Source: Chrysomallon squamiferum
Taxonomy: Eukaryota; Animalia; Mollusca
Length of the DNA stretch: 64,000 nucleotides
Assembly: GCA_012295275.1 (NCBI GenBank)
Contig: CM022672.1
Span: 15,252,001-15,316,000 of the forward strand
Direction: 5' to 3'
The translations under genes were made by a program, and so were the position numbers. Under the pieces are notes generated by a model, which saw only the letters and a list, made by a program, of their open reading frames with translations, had not been told where the DNA came from and did no database searches. Positions 41,323-56,384 of this stretch are shown in pieces. How positions within the stretch are numbered: the first letter of the stretch is position 1; every line of letters starts with the position of its first letter.

Positions 41323-42670
41323 ATGAAGGTAAATATAAGTTTTATTCTATTTTTATTTTATTTTATTTATTTTATAAAAAAATTAGAAATTCAGTATTCC
41401 ACAATGATTCGTCTAGGACTTTTTATTTGGGGTAAGAAATAGGAATTCTGTTTTCCTTTATATATTTCTATTTTTGTTTAATGTTAAATAAGGTAGAAAC
41501 TTTTTAACTTCTTTTTTTTTTTCTTCTTCTTCTCATTCACATTTATAAATATTTCGAAATATATATAACGTCAATTATTAATAGTTATTTTTCTTTGCTC
41601 TCTCTCTCTCACACTACACACACACACAAACACACAGACAAAAACACACCTACATGTGCACATCTGTGTATATATTCATGCATATTTGCATACTTACACA
41701 CATATTTTTTGTACATATACATATATAAATATACACATACATACATAGACACATATTCACAAAAACACACACATGCCCAAACAAACATACACACACATAC
41801 ACACTATATATGTACATGATATAATCGAATAGTTCATGATTATCATTATTATTTTCTTCCCAAGTTCCCAGTCTACTTAGCTGTGCTTTTATGCACCGTC
41901 TGTGCGGTACACTCGTGGGAAAACTGGTGGGATCAACGATTTACATACATTTGCAGTGCCGGATGGAGCATCAGAAAAATTACCAGTTACCACAGCAACC
42001 ATTATGAGGACAGACTGTGGTCGTTTGACTGTGTCAACACTGGAGCGAAATCGGGTTGCTCCTGGTCGGGTATTTGAAAAAATAGGCGATTTTTCAAGTC
42101 GTAGTGAGATCGTTTTAGCTTTGTAAGCGATTTTTCAAGTCGTAGTTAGATCTCTTTAGCTTTGTAAGCGATTTTTCAAGTCGTAGTGAGATCTCTTTAG
42201 TTTTGTAAGTCCATAATAGTAGCTCAGATGTCATCTTTATCAGACGCGGGATTCGTTCTCTTTGACAGGTGCAGGGTAAGTCCACTTAGACAGGTGCAGG
42301 GTAAGTCCACTTTGACAGGTGCAGGGTAAGTCCACTTAGACAGGTGCAGGATTCGTCCTCTTTAGACAAGTGCAGGGTAAGTCCACTTAGACAGGCGTAG
42401 GGGATGTCTACTTGACATGTGCAGGATAAGTCCTCTTTGACACATGCATGTACGTCCTTTTGCTAGGTGCAAGGTTAGTTGTTTTTTGCACGGTGCAAGA
42501 TAAATCCTCACTGTCAGATGCAGAGTAAATCCTTGGTATGTCCTAACAAAATTCATTGTGTATTAAAACAGTGCAATTATCTAAAAATAACTATGTATTT
42601 TTGTGTTGTTGTTTTTTCATTTTACCAAAAACAGCATCTTACAAAATCTGCTTCGATTATTATTATCATT

Positions 42671-42715
<45 letters not shown>

Positions 42716-43280
42716 TACTGTTATTTATTTTTCAAATTGACATTTTTGGTAAAATATTTTTGAAGCAATAGATTGTATTTATTTCATTTTTGTCTCCTGC
42801 TTAGGATATGTGAACTCGTTTGATGATCCAGTGCTATATCAGTGTAAACACAATGGCGTCATTACTGGCATCAGCAGCTACCACAAAAACCAATACGAAG
42901 ACAGACGTTTCAGGTTCCTTTGCTGTTTCATACCAGGTTATCCACTGAAATTTATCTGAAATAGAAAAATCATCATCATCACCATCATCATCATATTCAT
43001 CATCATCATCATTATTATTATTATTTTTATTTTTATTATTATTATTATTATTATTGAAATAAGTCTTAATAGTACTACTACCATTACCGACATTTTATTG
43101 TAATATTATTACTACCACTGTTATATTATTATCAGGTCTACTATTACTACTACTACTACTACTAGTGTCACTATTATTACTATTACTATACACTTCTATT
43201 ATTCACTACTACCAATACTTCTGGTACTACTACCACTACTACTGCTACTATTATTACAGTTTGTATACATTTTTATTACT

Positions 43281-43370
<90 letters not shown>

Positions 43371-44022
43371 CACTACTACTACTACCACAGCTATTAATAA
43401 TGCTAATATTGCCATTACAACTGTGATATACTTTAACGATGGTAAATGTTATGCCGGTGGTGCCGGTGCTGCTGTTGCTGCGGCTGCTGCTGAGTATGAT
43501 GATGATGATTCCTATTAGAATTATTATTATTTTTGTTGTTGTTGTTGTTGTTGTTGTTATATCTGGTTTATTTCAGGTAAAACACTGAGGAACTGTAGGT
43601 TTACTGACGAATACCAGAACGCTTTTGACCGTTACCTTGATTATTACGTTCCTAGTTACAAGGTTCTGAAAGGTGCTTTCAGTTACCACAGTAACCAACA
43701 TGAGTAAGTACAATATTATTTTAAACAAACAAACAAACAAATAAATATATAAATAAAAGAGGTATGTAAATAAGTAAGTAAGTAAGAAAATAAATAAATA
43801 AATGAGGTAAGTAAATAAGTAAGTAAGTAAGAAAAATAAATAAATAAATAAAAGCAACCATCAAACAAATTTATGCAACTACCAGTACTATTATTACTAC
43901 TACCGTTACTGTATTTAATATTACTGTTATTACTACTGTTGCTGATGTTGTTACTGCTACTATTACTATTATTATTACCACTACTATTGTTATTATTACT
44001 ACTGCTAATATTTATATTATTA

Positions 44023-44072
<50 letters not shown>

Positions 44073-44124
44073 TGATAGAGACAGACGGTGGAAATTTGAA
44101 GTCTGCGACAAGATAAACCAATGA
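41323..44124 (+). CDS. HAAF/dermatopontin-like gene 3, 171 aa; exons 41323-41328, 41865-42069, 42805-42936, 43577-43703, 44079-44124
   Basis: Intact spliced ORF and a close paralog of gene 1, ending EDRRWKFEVCDKINQ*. TATAAAA at 41260. Confidence 0.88.
42086..42540. repeat. 41-bp triplication (42086-42209) followed by about 11 units of the 25-bp minisatellite
   Basis: GCGATTTTTCAAGTCGTAGTGAGATCTCTTTAGCTTTGTAA occurs three times here and once in gene 1; GACAGGTGCAGGGTAAGTCCACTTA units follow from 42241. Confidence 0.9.
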
Positions 44125-44692
44125 ATAATTATTAAAAAATCCACAATGAATCTTGTGTCTGTGTGCGTACACACGCCACAAGATTATCATAAAATACGGA
44201 CTCGGAAACTTCAGATATGTTTGAATAGTGACGTAACGGTCTGATTAACACAGAATGTGTTATATTGTTGTGTGTGTGACCTGAAAAGATGTGTGTGTGT
44301 GTGTGTTCATACATATGTATCTGTATATATGGATTTTTGAAGTGTTTATAAAAGTATATTTTGATGTCTCCATAAACCTTTCTGATTTCTACCTATTTCT
44401 AAACAGTAATAATAATGATAATTAGTTTAATCGTATATTTTACTTTCTGTCTGTTTTTTTTTTTATTTTTTTTTTTGTTTTTTGCAGGCGGAATTCAGAG
44501 ATTTCGTGGCAATTTTCTGCACTAAGTATAAACATGTATTCTATACACATGCGTAGAGACCCTGTTATAAGCTTTCAGTTAAACTCACGTTTAAATAAAA
44601 TCTGTTCAATATTTTGTTTTATTATATTTAATCAAATTAGTATCATCTCCATCATAACTAATGTAAATTTAAATATGTTTTCATTGTGTGGC

Positions 44693-44772
<80 letters not shown>

Positions 44773-45289
44773 AATATTATTAAATAAAAATTCAACAAAA
44801 TCCATTCTATTCAAAAAAAAAAAAAAAAGACATTTATTTGAAACAATTTGTTTATTTTTAGTTTAATGTTAAAAAATTCAGTGTAAAAAAAAATAAAAAA
44901 AAAAAAAAAAAATAAAATAATAAAAGATAGTAAAAGCGTTTTTAAATAAGCAGTTTGTTTGTTTTTGAGTTTCTGATACTAATCCTGTTGCTGTTGCTGC
45001 TGCCATTACGAATACTACTTTTGAATACCACTTAAGAATAATTAAAAAACATCATTTCTAGATAAAACAGGAAGTGAGAAAATTCATTAATCTGTACGTA
45101 AGTCCGGTTGATTCTTTCAAAAACCGAATTAGGGTTAAAATAGAAACCACGTGATGACAGTTAAAAACATATTAAAAAAAAAATAAAAAATATTTAAAAA
45201 ATAATAATGATATATTTAATAATAATGACAATGATGATGATGATTAATTATAAAAAATAAAATAAAAATAATAATAATAATATTAATAA

Positions 45290-47228
45290 TAATAATGTAC
45301 GTATAAATATCTGCCCTCGGAATCAAAGTGAAATGGCTACAGGATAATACAAATTATATCTTAAATTGAAATTAAAGATTAACAAAAAGTATTCCATAAT
45401 GGACGTTACATTTTATCCGCTGACATAAAATTAAGTTCTGTGTACACAGGAAGAAGTGTTTGGTTAACTGGTGTTATGATAAAAGCATTTTAATGCATGC
45501 TCAGAATCATGAAGTGGATACGATGACTTAACTGTGCTTTCACAGACATTTGAAATTATACAGCAAGCATTTACCAACGGATCCATTATCTTCGAACTAC
45601 CTGAAATTATTCAAAAGATAATGTTCCTTTAAACTGAAGCGAAGAAAAACATGTCCGCATTTTTAGAAAACCATAGCATTCAAGTAAAAAGATAGATAAC
45701 ATTACATGGTATTGATTCATTCAAATTAGTAGATGGAAAAGGACCAGACTAATTCTATCTTCTGTCCTATTTAGGTTAACGTGTGAAATCTATGGTTAAC
45801 TGAAATAGTGGAAACTCGCGCCCTCCAGGGATCTTTTTCACAGATCAGTTCAGGCAACATTTTCTTCATAATAAATGACAAAGTGTAACAATTTGAAGAA
45901 ATACATCTGCTGCCCCATTCTAGTATGACAGAAGAAGATGTAATCATGTTACTGCCGAGGTTTGATAAATTGAGTAAATTCACTGGATAAAACTAAATAC
46001 AATTATCATTATTAAGCAATTGTTACAGAGAATTATTATCCGGAATATAATTTTTACAAGCAATACATTATTGGGTAAAAAAACAAATAAAAACACTGAA
46101 ACACTGGCAAAATGTATTGAATTAAAACACGTGTATATTTATTCTTTACAGTTTGTATTTTGCGTCGTGACTAACTTGGTTTCCATCAGGAGGGTTTGGA
46201 TGAAGATGTTTTCTAATAGTAAAAGCAGCAGTAGTAGTAGTAGCGGTAGTAGCAGATGTAGTAGTAGCAGTAGTAGTCGTAGTTGTAGTAGTAGTTATAA
46301 TAGTAGCAGTAGTTGTAGTATCAATAATAATAGTAGCATTAATAATAACAGCAGTAATAGTAGCAGCAGCAGTAGAAGTGGTAGTTGTAGTAGTAGTAAT
46401 AGTAGTAGTAGTAGCAGTTGTAGCAGTAGTAATTGTAATAGTCGTTGCTGTGGTTGTTGTTACTGCTGTTGTTATTGTTGTTGTTATTGTTGTTTTAGTT
46501 GTTGTTGTAGGTATAGTAAAGAAAACAAAATGAGAAAAATCAGTTACAATAGAATTTAAAAATCCCATCATAGCCATTTTTAAAGATTTAACTTTGTACT
46601 TGTCTGAACGCCAATTTTTCACACAAAACCACGCAGCGAAACAAAACGACATAACCTTTAACCGCTAAATAAAATAAACTGTTAAAAACACCTACATAAA
46701 TGCTGACCAATTTACTTAAAGCGTTAAAAATACGAAAACAAAATTAAATTTCCTGTATATATTAGTTGAAATAAATTCAGTATTGATTGCAGCACCATCT
46801 GTCTTCGTAGTGTTTCTTATTTCAAAACCTACGAGAAATGGGGGGGGGGGAAGGGTCTGATATATTTAGTAGCAGGTGGTCCCGATTTAGACAAATGTAT
46901 ATCTGAAAAAGAAAAATAATAATAATAATGCGACCATTCAAACTACACCCCCACAAAATGACTGTTATTGCAACATGCAATTGTAACAGCTTGGTTTGGT
47001 AAATATTTTTTCTAGATTAATTCATTACTTCGTGGTCTAATAAAAAAAAAAGATAGTTAATTTTATTTTCTACATTCCACTCATTTACTAGATAAAAGTC
47101 TTTGCAAACCAACTATCTCTTTAGACGAAGAAAAAATAATCATTTGAAATAAAAACATTAAACAATTTGTCTTTATCAAGTAATCTGTACAGTGATGGTT
47201 CAAGTTGCAGTAGTAGTAGTAGTAGTAA

Positions 47229-47263
<35 letters not shown>

Positions 47264-47496
47264 ATAGTAGTCGTAGTAGCTGTTGTTGCTGTTTTGGTAA
47301 TAGTGGTGGTAGTAGTAGTAGTAGTACTAGAAGTAATAATAGTAGTAATAAAAGTAATGGTAGTAGCAGTAGAAGTAGTAATAGTAGTAGTAGTAACTGT
47401 TGTTTTGTCGTTATCGTGGTAGCAGTAGACGTAGTAGTAGTAGTAAAAGTCGTAATAGTAGTAGTAGTAGTAGTAATAGCAATAGTAGTAGGAGCT

Positions 47497-47532
<36 letters not shown>

Positions 47533-48710
47533 GTCTTTCTCTCTTTCTATTTTTCTCTTTATCTCAGTTTTCTCTCTCTCTTCCCTCTCTAGTTTTTATA
47601 TTTTTAATCTCGTTTATGTTGTTTTATATTTCAGTAACACAATAATGACCTATATGCAGACTCAAACAGAAAGACAAATATATATATATTTTTTTCAGTG
47701 AGTTTGAAATACTATTCAATGAACTGAAGGTCACATGGTATACTTCAAAAACATATGTATAAAGTGGCATTTATTATGCAATACTGTAGTGTTGGTGTAG
47801 ATGACAGTCTGGGATTGTACTTGTTTGTGCAGGTGGTGTACAACGTGAACGAAAAATGTTGTAATTTATTTATTTATTTCTTATATTGTTATCCTCGGAT
47901 AATTAAATTTCAAAAACTAGATATTTCACTCAGTCATTTATACATTTATTTTAAAATTTTATATTTATGTTTATTTTTTTTATTTTTTTTTTTTTTAAAG
48001 TTCATTCATTATTTCTTTCATTCAACCGTTCTTCAAAGTTCACTAGACTGTTTCGTGAATAAAATTTTCTTTGGCAATTATGTAGTTGTATTCTATTTCG
48101 CCATATGAGTAACAAAAACGTGAGTACATGGGAAAACAGGTTTTGAAATTGAGTCTTCATTTTCGTCAAATAAAAATTCAGAAAATTTGCAGCAAATAGA
48201 CATAATATGTAAGAATTACAATCCTTGAAAATTAAATATAGTAAAACAAACAAATTATAAATTCAGTTATATACTTAATTCAGATATTTAATGTTTTATA
48301 ATATAATAAGAGTACACAATTTTTTTTTTTTTTAAACCAGGATGACTTGTAATAGCCGTATGTATTATTATACATTAAAACATCGAATTAAGTTTTACAT
48401 TTACAACCACAATTTTGGATTAAAGAATTAAAACAAATTTAGCACTAACAAAAGGTTAACAATAAAGCATAAAACAAAAACAAAACAAAAAATACGTTTC
48501 CTACATATAAATAAATAAATAAAATGATAGAGTTCGAACGCACTTGGATACAAACTGAGCTTAAGTACAAGTGGACCTCTTGGGATATCTGAGAACTCTA
48601 CACAGACTCTTCAATTTGATCTGTAGTTTCCATTTTTTAAATTTGCAGACAAATCTATACTTCTTATATAGTATTTCTAAATTAAATTAAAATAAAAGCA
48701 GTTTATGTTA
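45290..48710 (+). repeat. Segmental duplicate of ~54395-60330 (the latter has an extra ~2.5 kb at ~57620-60120)
   Basis: Near-identical blocks include the AGT/TGT triplet tract (46146-46652 vs 55253-55774) and the GATACAAACTGA...GGACCTCTTGGG block (48535 vs 60160). Confidence 0.88.
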
Positions 48711-49284
48711 GGTTTCTCATTTCATTTGGTTTTAATACTGCTGCTGTTGTTGCTGCTACTTCTGCTATTGCTACTACGACGACCACTACTACTACTACAA
48801 TTAGCTATCCAAGATGTTAATGCGTACTTACTGGTTTTCAAATGACTCTCTCTTTCTCTTTCTCTAACCTCTCTTATTCATTCTTTCTTTTATATATAAA
48901 TATACACATACATACATACATACATACATACATACGTACATACATACATACATACATATCTCTGTGTTTGTGTAATAACGTTGATAAATAAATAAATAAA
49001 ATGATATCTTTTACAACACAAACCTCGGCTTACTTGAGCCGCAGAATCAACAGATAATTCAGTTTAATGTGATTTATTTCAGTGATTGTAATGAGCTATT
49101 CTGGGAAGTAATTTGGAAACCAGATTAATGGGAAATTTTGTTTTATTTTACTTTGTTTATTTATTTATTTTTATTATTTTTATTTTTATGTTGTTTTTTG
49201 TTGGGTTTTTTTTTTTTTTTTTTTAGAATATTTTTTAGGAACTTATTTATTATTTCATATATACATTTCACTCATTTATTAATT

Positions 49285-49510
49285 TGTCGCAGATGTGCTT
49301 CACAGCAGCTCGCTCTGGTCTCTTTAAAAGTCTGGTAGAACTTTTGTCTGTCGCAGTACTTGCTTCACAGCAGCTCGCTCTGGTCTGTTTAAAAGTCTGG
49401 TAGAACTTTTGTCTGTCGCAGTACTTGCTTCACAGCAGCTCACTCTGGTCTGTTTAAAAGTCTGGTAGAACTTTTGTCTGTCGCAGTACTTGCTTCACAG
49501 CAGCTCGCTC
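49285..49510. repeat. 65-bp tandem repeat (~3.5 copies) directly upstream of the gene 4 ATG
   Basis: Unit TGTCGCAGTACTTGCTTCACAGCAGCTCGCTCTGGTCTGTTTAAAAGTCTGGTAGAACTTTTGTC; partly homologous to the single-copy gene 2 5'UTR at ~28343. Confidence 0.9.
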
Positions 49511-49552
49511 TCTCACTCACTCACAAGGCGGACCTGTTACGGTGACAGTGAA

Positions 49553-49966
49553 ATGAAGGTAAAAAGATGTTTTATTCTATTTTAATTTAATTTAATTTAA
49601 TTTTAATTTTAATTTTAATTTTATTTAGCTTTATTTTATTCTATTTCATTAAACTTTCTTTTTCTTTTTTCATTTTTTTTTTTTATTTTTGTTTTTATTT
49701 GTTTAAAATAATTAGAAATTAATCTTAGAAACTTTAAGGAATCCATAATAATACTTCTAGGACGTTTTATTTGGGATAATGAATAGCAATTTTTGTTTTT
49801 TCTTTATAAATTCCTGTCTGTCCTAAATGTTCAATAAGGTAGTGACTTATTGACTTTTTTCTCTTTTTTAAATTTTCATTTTTTTCAATTATTCCTTTTT
49901 CTTTTCTCACATACACATTTATAAATGTATTTATTTTAAAAGAATAAAAATCGTCAGTTATTAACA

Positions 49967-50040
<74 letters not shown>

Positions 50041-50231
50041 AATATTAAATATCATACATATTTTATATACATACATATACACACACGTGTTTGTGTATGA
50101 GAAAGAGAGAGAGAGAGATGTGTTAATACTCGTGTGTGTATGTGTGTGTACGTTTGCGAATGTGTGATTATATATATATATATTCATGCATATTTACATA
50201 CTTACAGACGTACAACTATAAACACACATTC

Positions 50232-50276
<45 letters not shown>

Positions 50277-51329
50277 CCAATATATACATTACATAGTCGG
50301 ATTACATTGTGATTATAATAAAAATGTTTTCCCAAGTTGCCAGTCTTCTTAGCTGTGCTGTTGTGCTGCTCGGTCTGTGCTAGTGCTAAACACGTGTGGT
50401 TAAACGACTGGTTTCGTCAGATATCTGCATTCACTTGCCGTGACGGATGGAGCTTCGGAAGTATTGCCACTAAAAACAGCAACGAGTATGATGACAGAAA
50501 ATGGGCTTTTACATGTGTCAAAATTACTGAGAAGTCGAATACTTGTACATGGACGGGTAATTGTCAAAAATATAATATTTTTTTTTAGGCGGTTTTTCGA
50601 GTCGTAGTGAGATGTTTGGGGTTTTCTATGTCCACAACAGTAGTTCAAACGTAATCTGTATCAGATGCAGGATTTCTCCTCTTTTGCTAGGTGCATAATT
50701 AAATCCTTGATGACAGGTGCAGGATAATCCCTCGTTTTCAGATGCAGGATAAGTCCACTTTGTCAAGTGCAGGATAAATCCGTTTTACGTCCTAACTGTT
50801 CTCAAAATCCATTTTTTTTTTTATAAAATAATAATCATTTTCTTTTCTTTTTCTGAAAATTAAGTCTAAAAAAATAGGATTCTTTTTTAAGATAAATATT
50901 ATAAAAAGGAGTAAAAAATAAACTGTACAATTTTCGTATCTCTGAAAACATCAATTTACAAAAATCTGCTTAAATTAAAAAATAATAATAATAATAATTT
51001 AAATAAAACAATTATTGTTATGTTACTTTTTATGTTGACAAGAATTCGATTTTTTGGTAAAATATTTTTCAAACAATAGATTTTATTTATTTTATATTTC
51101 TCCCTGCTTAGGATATCTGAACAAAGCTGAAAGCCTATTGAAATATCAGTGTGAATCCAACGGCTTCATTAATGGCATATTAAGCTACTTCGACTACGGT
51201 TTGAAAGACAGAATTTTCAAGATCCGTTGCTGTTCCAATCCAGGTTATCCATAGAAATTTTTCTGAAATATAAAAATTAGTTATTTGTACGCAAGTTTAA
51301 CACCATCAGCATCATCGTCATCGTCATAG

Positions 51330-51375
<46 letters not shown>

Positions 51376-52075
51376 TATTGAATTAAGTCTTAATACTATA
51401 CCACCATTGCCAATGCTCTTATCTAATATTATTACTACTATTGTTATATTAGTATCACGACCACTACTGTTATTATTATTACAATTACTATACTTCTATT
51501 ACTCACTACTACCACTACTACTAGTACTACTACCAGTACTGCTGCTGCTACTGCTACTACTACTACTACTACTACTGCTGCTACTACTGCTGTCACTATT
51601 ATTACAATTACTATACACTTCTATTCCTACTATCACTACTACCACTACTACTGCAGCTACTACTAATACTAATGCTACTACTACTACTATTACATGACTA
51701 TGACTATTCCTAGTACAACCATTAACGTGACCAACTTTAACCATGTTAATGATGTTGCCGGTGACGCTGTTGCTGCTGCTGATGATGATGGTGACAAGAT
51801 TTTTATTATTACTAATTTTTTTTTTTAGGTTTCATCATTTCATAACGATGATTACTATTATTATAATTATTATAATTACTGTTGTTGTTGTTGTTGTTGT
51901 TGTTATATCTGGTTATTTCAGGTGCAGTACTGAAGAACTGCAAGTTTACTGAATACCAGACCGATTATCGTGCTTCCTTTGATTATAAAGTTCCTAGCAA
52001 CAAGATTCTGAATGGTGTTTTAAGTTCCTTCAACAAGACTTATGCGTAATTACAATATTATTTTAAACAAACACA

Positions 52076-52130
<55 letters not shown>

Positions 52131-52302
52131 AAGCAACTGTCAAATAAACTACCAGTACTATTATTATTACTACTATTACTGTATTTACCATTACAGTTAT
52201 TATTATTATTATTGTTGTTGTTGTTCTCGTTGTTGTCGTTGTTACTGTTGTTACTCGTAATACTATTACTATTATTATTATTACTACTAGTGCTATCACT
52301 GA

Positions 52303-52341
<39 letters not shown>

Positions 52342-52412
52342 CATTATTATTATTATTATTATTATTTGATAGAGACAGACTGTGGAAATTTAGATTGTGC
52401 GACAAGCCATAA
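49553..52412 (+). CDS. HAAF/dermatopontin-like gene 4 (divergent), 173 aa; exons 49553-49558, 50337-50556, 51112-51243, 51922-52045, 52373-52412
   Basis: Intact spliced ORF: MKLPVFLAVLLCCSVCASAKHVWLNDW...YDDRKWAFTC...GYLNKAESLLKYQC...KDRIFKIRCCSNPGAVLKNCKF...ADRLWKFRLCDKP*. Intron phases match the paralogs. Confidence 0.88.
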
Positions 52413-52594
52413 TTATAAATCTCGTAAGTATTATAAATACACCGTTATGTGTGTGTGTGTCTGTGTGTGTGTCTCTGTGTGAGTGTGTGTCTGAGTGTGT
52501 GTTTGTGTGTGAGTGTGTGTGTGTGTCTGGGTGTGTGTGTCTGTGTGTGTGTGTCTGTCTGTGTGTGTTTGTGTGTGAGTTTGTGTGTGTGTGT

Positions 52595-52672
<78 letters not shown>

Positions 52673-53450
52673 AACCAGAGTTATCCTCTGGCGGAGAACA
52701 GTCTCCAGCTAGTCTACTCATTTAACAATAATTCTGGTTTTACATTCCTGTAAATCTGTCATTTTCGAGCTCGCCAGTGCAATAATAAAAAAAATCATTT
52801 AGTCGTACACACATACATACTCTACAAGACCCCTGTCATAAAATCACCGACTCGGAAATCTTCAGATATGTTCCAATAGTGACGTAAAGGTCAGCTGATT
52901 AACACAGTACGTGTTATATTCTTCAAAGTTATTTCATTAGTGTTTAGACCTGAAAATGTGTGTGTGTGTGTATGTGTGCCTCTTTACACATATGTATCTG
53001 CATATTTGTATTCTGGAAGTGTTTATAAAAGTATGTTTTTATGTTTCCATAAACGTTTATGATTTCTACCTATATCTTAACAATAATAATAATGTTAATT
53101 ATAATAATAATAATATAATAATGATAACTGTATATTAGTCTAATCGTTTATTTTTTTCTTTATTTTTTTTTTTTTTATTTTGCAGGCGGATTCAGAGATT
53201 TCTTGGCAATTTTCTGCACTAAGTATAAACCTGACTCTCTGTGTTCTATACACGTGCGTAGAGTTACTGTTATAAGCTTTCAGTTAAACTCACGTTTAAA
53301 TAAAATCTGTTCAATATTGTGTTTTATTTTGTTTTATCAAATTAGTATAATATTCATTATAACATTGTCAGTCGTTATGAAAACTTCAAACTTCTCTCAA
53401 GAATGTGCGTATTAATGTAAATTTAAATATGTTTTTATTGTGTGGTTAAT

Positions 53451-53531
<81 letters not shown>

Positions 53532-54001
53532 AATATTATTAAATAACGAAATGACAAAAATGATAAATGATTCAGCAAATCCATTCTATTCTTTTATAAC
53601 TAAAGTTGGAGTAATTAATATACTTAAAACACAACAAAACCCGCACTGAAAATAAAAAAAATAAAAAAGGTAATAAAAGCGTTTTTAAAGATGCAGTTTG
53701 TTTATATTTTAGTATAATGTTAAATAATTCAGTAGGCAAAAAATAAAAATAAATAAAATAAAATAAAATAAAAAAGGTAGTAAAAGCGTTTTTTTAAATA
53801 TGCAGTTTGTTTATTTTGAGTAATTAATCCTGTTGTTACTTAAAACACAACAAAACCCACTGAAAATAATTAAAAAAATCAAAAAATTAATAAATAAAAT
53901 AAAGTTAAGAATATTCAAAAAAGAAAATAATAAAAATGATGATGATCTCAAAAAAAAAAAAAAAAATTAATAAATAAAATAAAGTTAAGAATATTTAAGA
54001 A

Positions 54002-54106
<105 letters not shown>

Positions 54107-56312
54107 TAGACTTTAAAGTCATGTTCATGCGATATCAGAAATTTTTCTTCTGCTCCAAAAACGGAAATGGACGTTACATGTAGAGACTGAAGATCATCCC
54201 AAATGTCCTACTAGTTATTGTCGTAACTCGAGGAAGGCGAGTGAGAGATTTGCCTACGTCCAGATGTGGTTTGTGCCACAGGGAAAAGAACTCCGGGATG
54301 TCTATAATCTGCTGGGTATTCAGAAACATGTGCATGACGTTAGAACGATATGAATAAAAATCAACTAAATCTATTTCAGAATTGAAAAATTAAAATTGTA
54401 CGTATAAATATTTGCCGTTGGAATCAAAGTGAAATGGGTACAGGATACTACAAATTATAATTTAAATTGAAATTCAAGATTAACAAAAAGTATTCCATAA
54501 AGGACGTTACATTTTATCCGCTGACATAAAATTAAGTTCTGTGTACACAGGAAGAAGTGTTTGGTTAACCGGTGTTATGATAAAACCATTTTAATGCTTG
54601 ATCAAAATCATGAAGTGGATTGGATGACTTAACTATACTTTCACAGACATTTAAAATTATACAGCAAGCATTTACCAATGGATCCATTATCTTGCAACTA
54701 CCTGAAGTTATTCAAAAAATAATGTTCGTTTAAACTGAAGCGAAGAATAACATGTCCGCATTTTTAGAAAACCATAGCATGGAAACCATTCATTCAGTTA
54801 AAAAGATAAATAACATTACATGATTTTGATTCATTCAGATTAACAGATGGAAAAGGACCAGATTAATTCTATCTTCTGTCCTATTTACGAAGTCTATGGT
54901 TAACTGAAATAGTGGAAACTCGCGCCCTCCAGGGATCTTTTTCACAGATCAGTTCAGGCAACATTTTCTTCATGATAAATGACAAAGTGTAAAAATTTGA
55001 AGAAATTCATCTGCTGCCCCATTCTAGTATGACAGAAGAAGATGTAATCGTGTTAATGCCAAGGTTTGATAAATTGAGTAAATTCACTGGATAAAACTAA
55101 ATACAATTATCATTATTAAGCAATTATTACAGAGAATTATTATCCGGAATATAATTTTTGAAAGCAATACATTATTGGGTAAAAAAATACAACATAAAAA
55201 CATTAAAACACTGGCAAAATGTATTGAATTAAAACACGTGTATATTTATTCTTTACAGTTTGTATTTTGCGTCGTGACTAACTTGGTTTCCATCAGGAAG
55301 GTTTGGATGAAAACGTTTTCTAATAGTAAAAGCAGCAATAGTAGTAGTAGCGGTAGTAGCAGCAGTAGTAGCAGTAGTTGTAGTAGTAGTTATAATAGTA
55401 GCAGTAGTTGTAGTAGTAGTTATAATAGTAGCAGTAGTTGTAGTATCAATAATAATAGTAGCATTAATAATAACAGCAGTAATAGTAGCAGCAGCAGTAG
55501 AAGTAGTAGTTGTAGTAGTAGTAATAGTAGTAGTAGTAGCAGTTGTAGCAGTAGTAATTGTAATAGTCGTTGCTGTGGTTGTTGTTACTGTTGTTATTGT
55601 TGTTGTTATTGTTGTTTTAGTTGTTGTTGTAGGTATAGTAAAGAAAACAAAATGAAAAAAATCAGATACAATAGAATTTAAAAATCCCATCATCGCCATT
55701 TTTAATGATTTAACTTTGTATTTGTCTGAACGCCAATTTTTCACACAAAACCACGCAGCGAAACAAAACGACATAACCTTTAACCGCTAAATAAAATAAA
55801 CTGTTAAAAACACCTACATAAATGCTGCCCAATTTATTTAAAGCGTTAAAAATACGAAAATTAAATTAAATTTCTTGCATATATTAGTTGAAATAAATTC
55901 AGTACTGATTGCAGCACCATCTGTCTTCGTAGTGTTTCTTATTTCGAAACCTACGAAAAATGTGGGGTGGGGAAGGGTCTGATATATTTAGTAGCAGGTG
56001 GTCCCGATTTAAAAAAATGTATATCTGAAAAAAAAAATATAATAATAATAATGCGACCATTCAAACTACACCCCCACAAAATGACTGTTATTGCAACATG
56101 CAATTGTAACAGCTTGGTTTGGTAAATATTGTTTTCTAGATTAATTCATTACTTCGTGGTCTAATAAAAAATAAAAAGATGGTTAATTTTATTTTTATTA
56201 TAAAAACATCAAGATTTGTTTTAACAGCATCCACAGCTAATCTGAATTAAAACTGATATCTCTCGTGTTTCCTTAATTTAGCAAATTGAAATTATCTATC
56301 CTTTGGTTTGTT

Positions 56313-56384
<72 letters not shown>

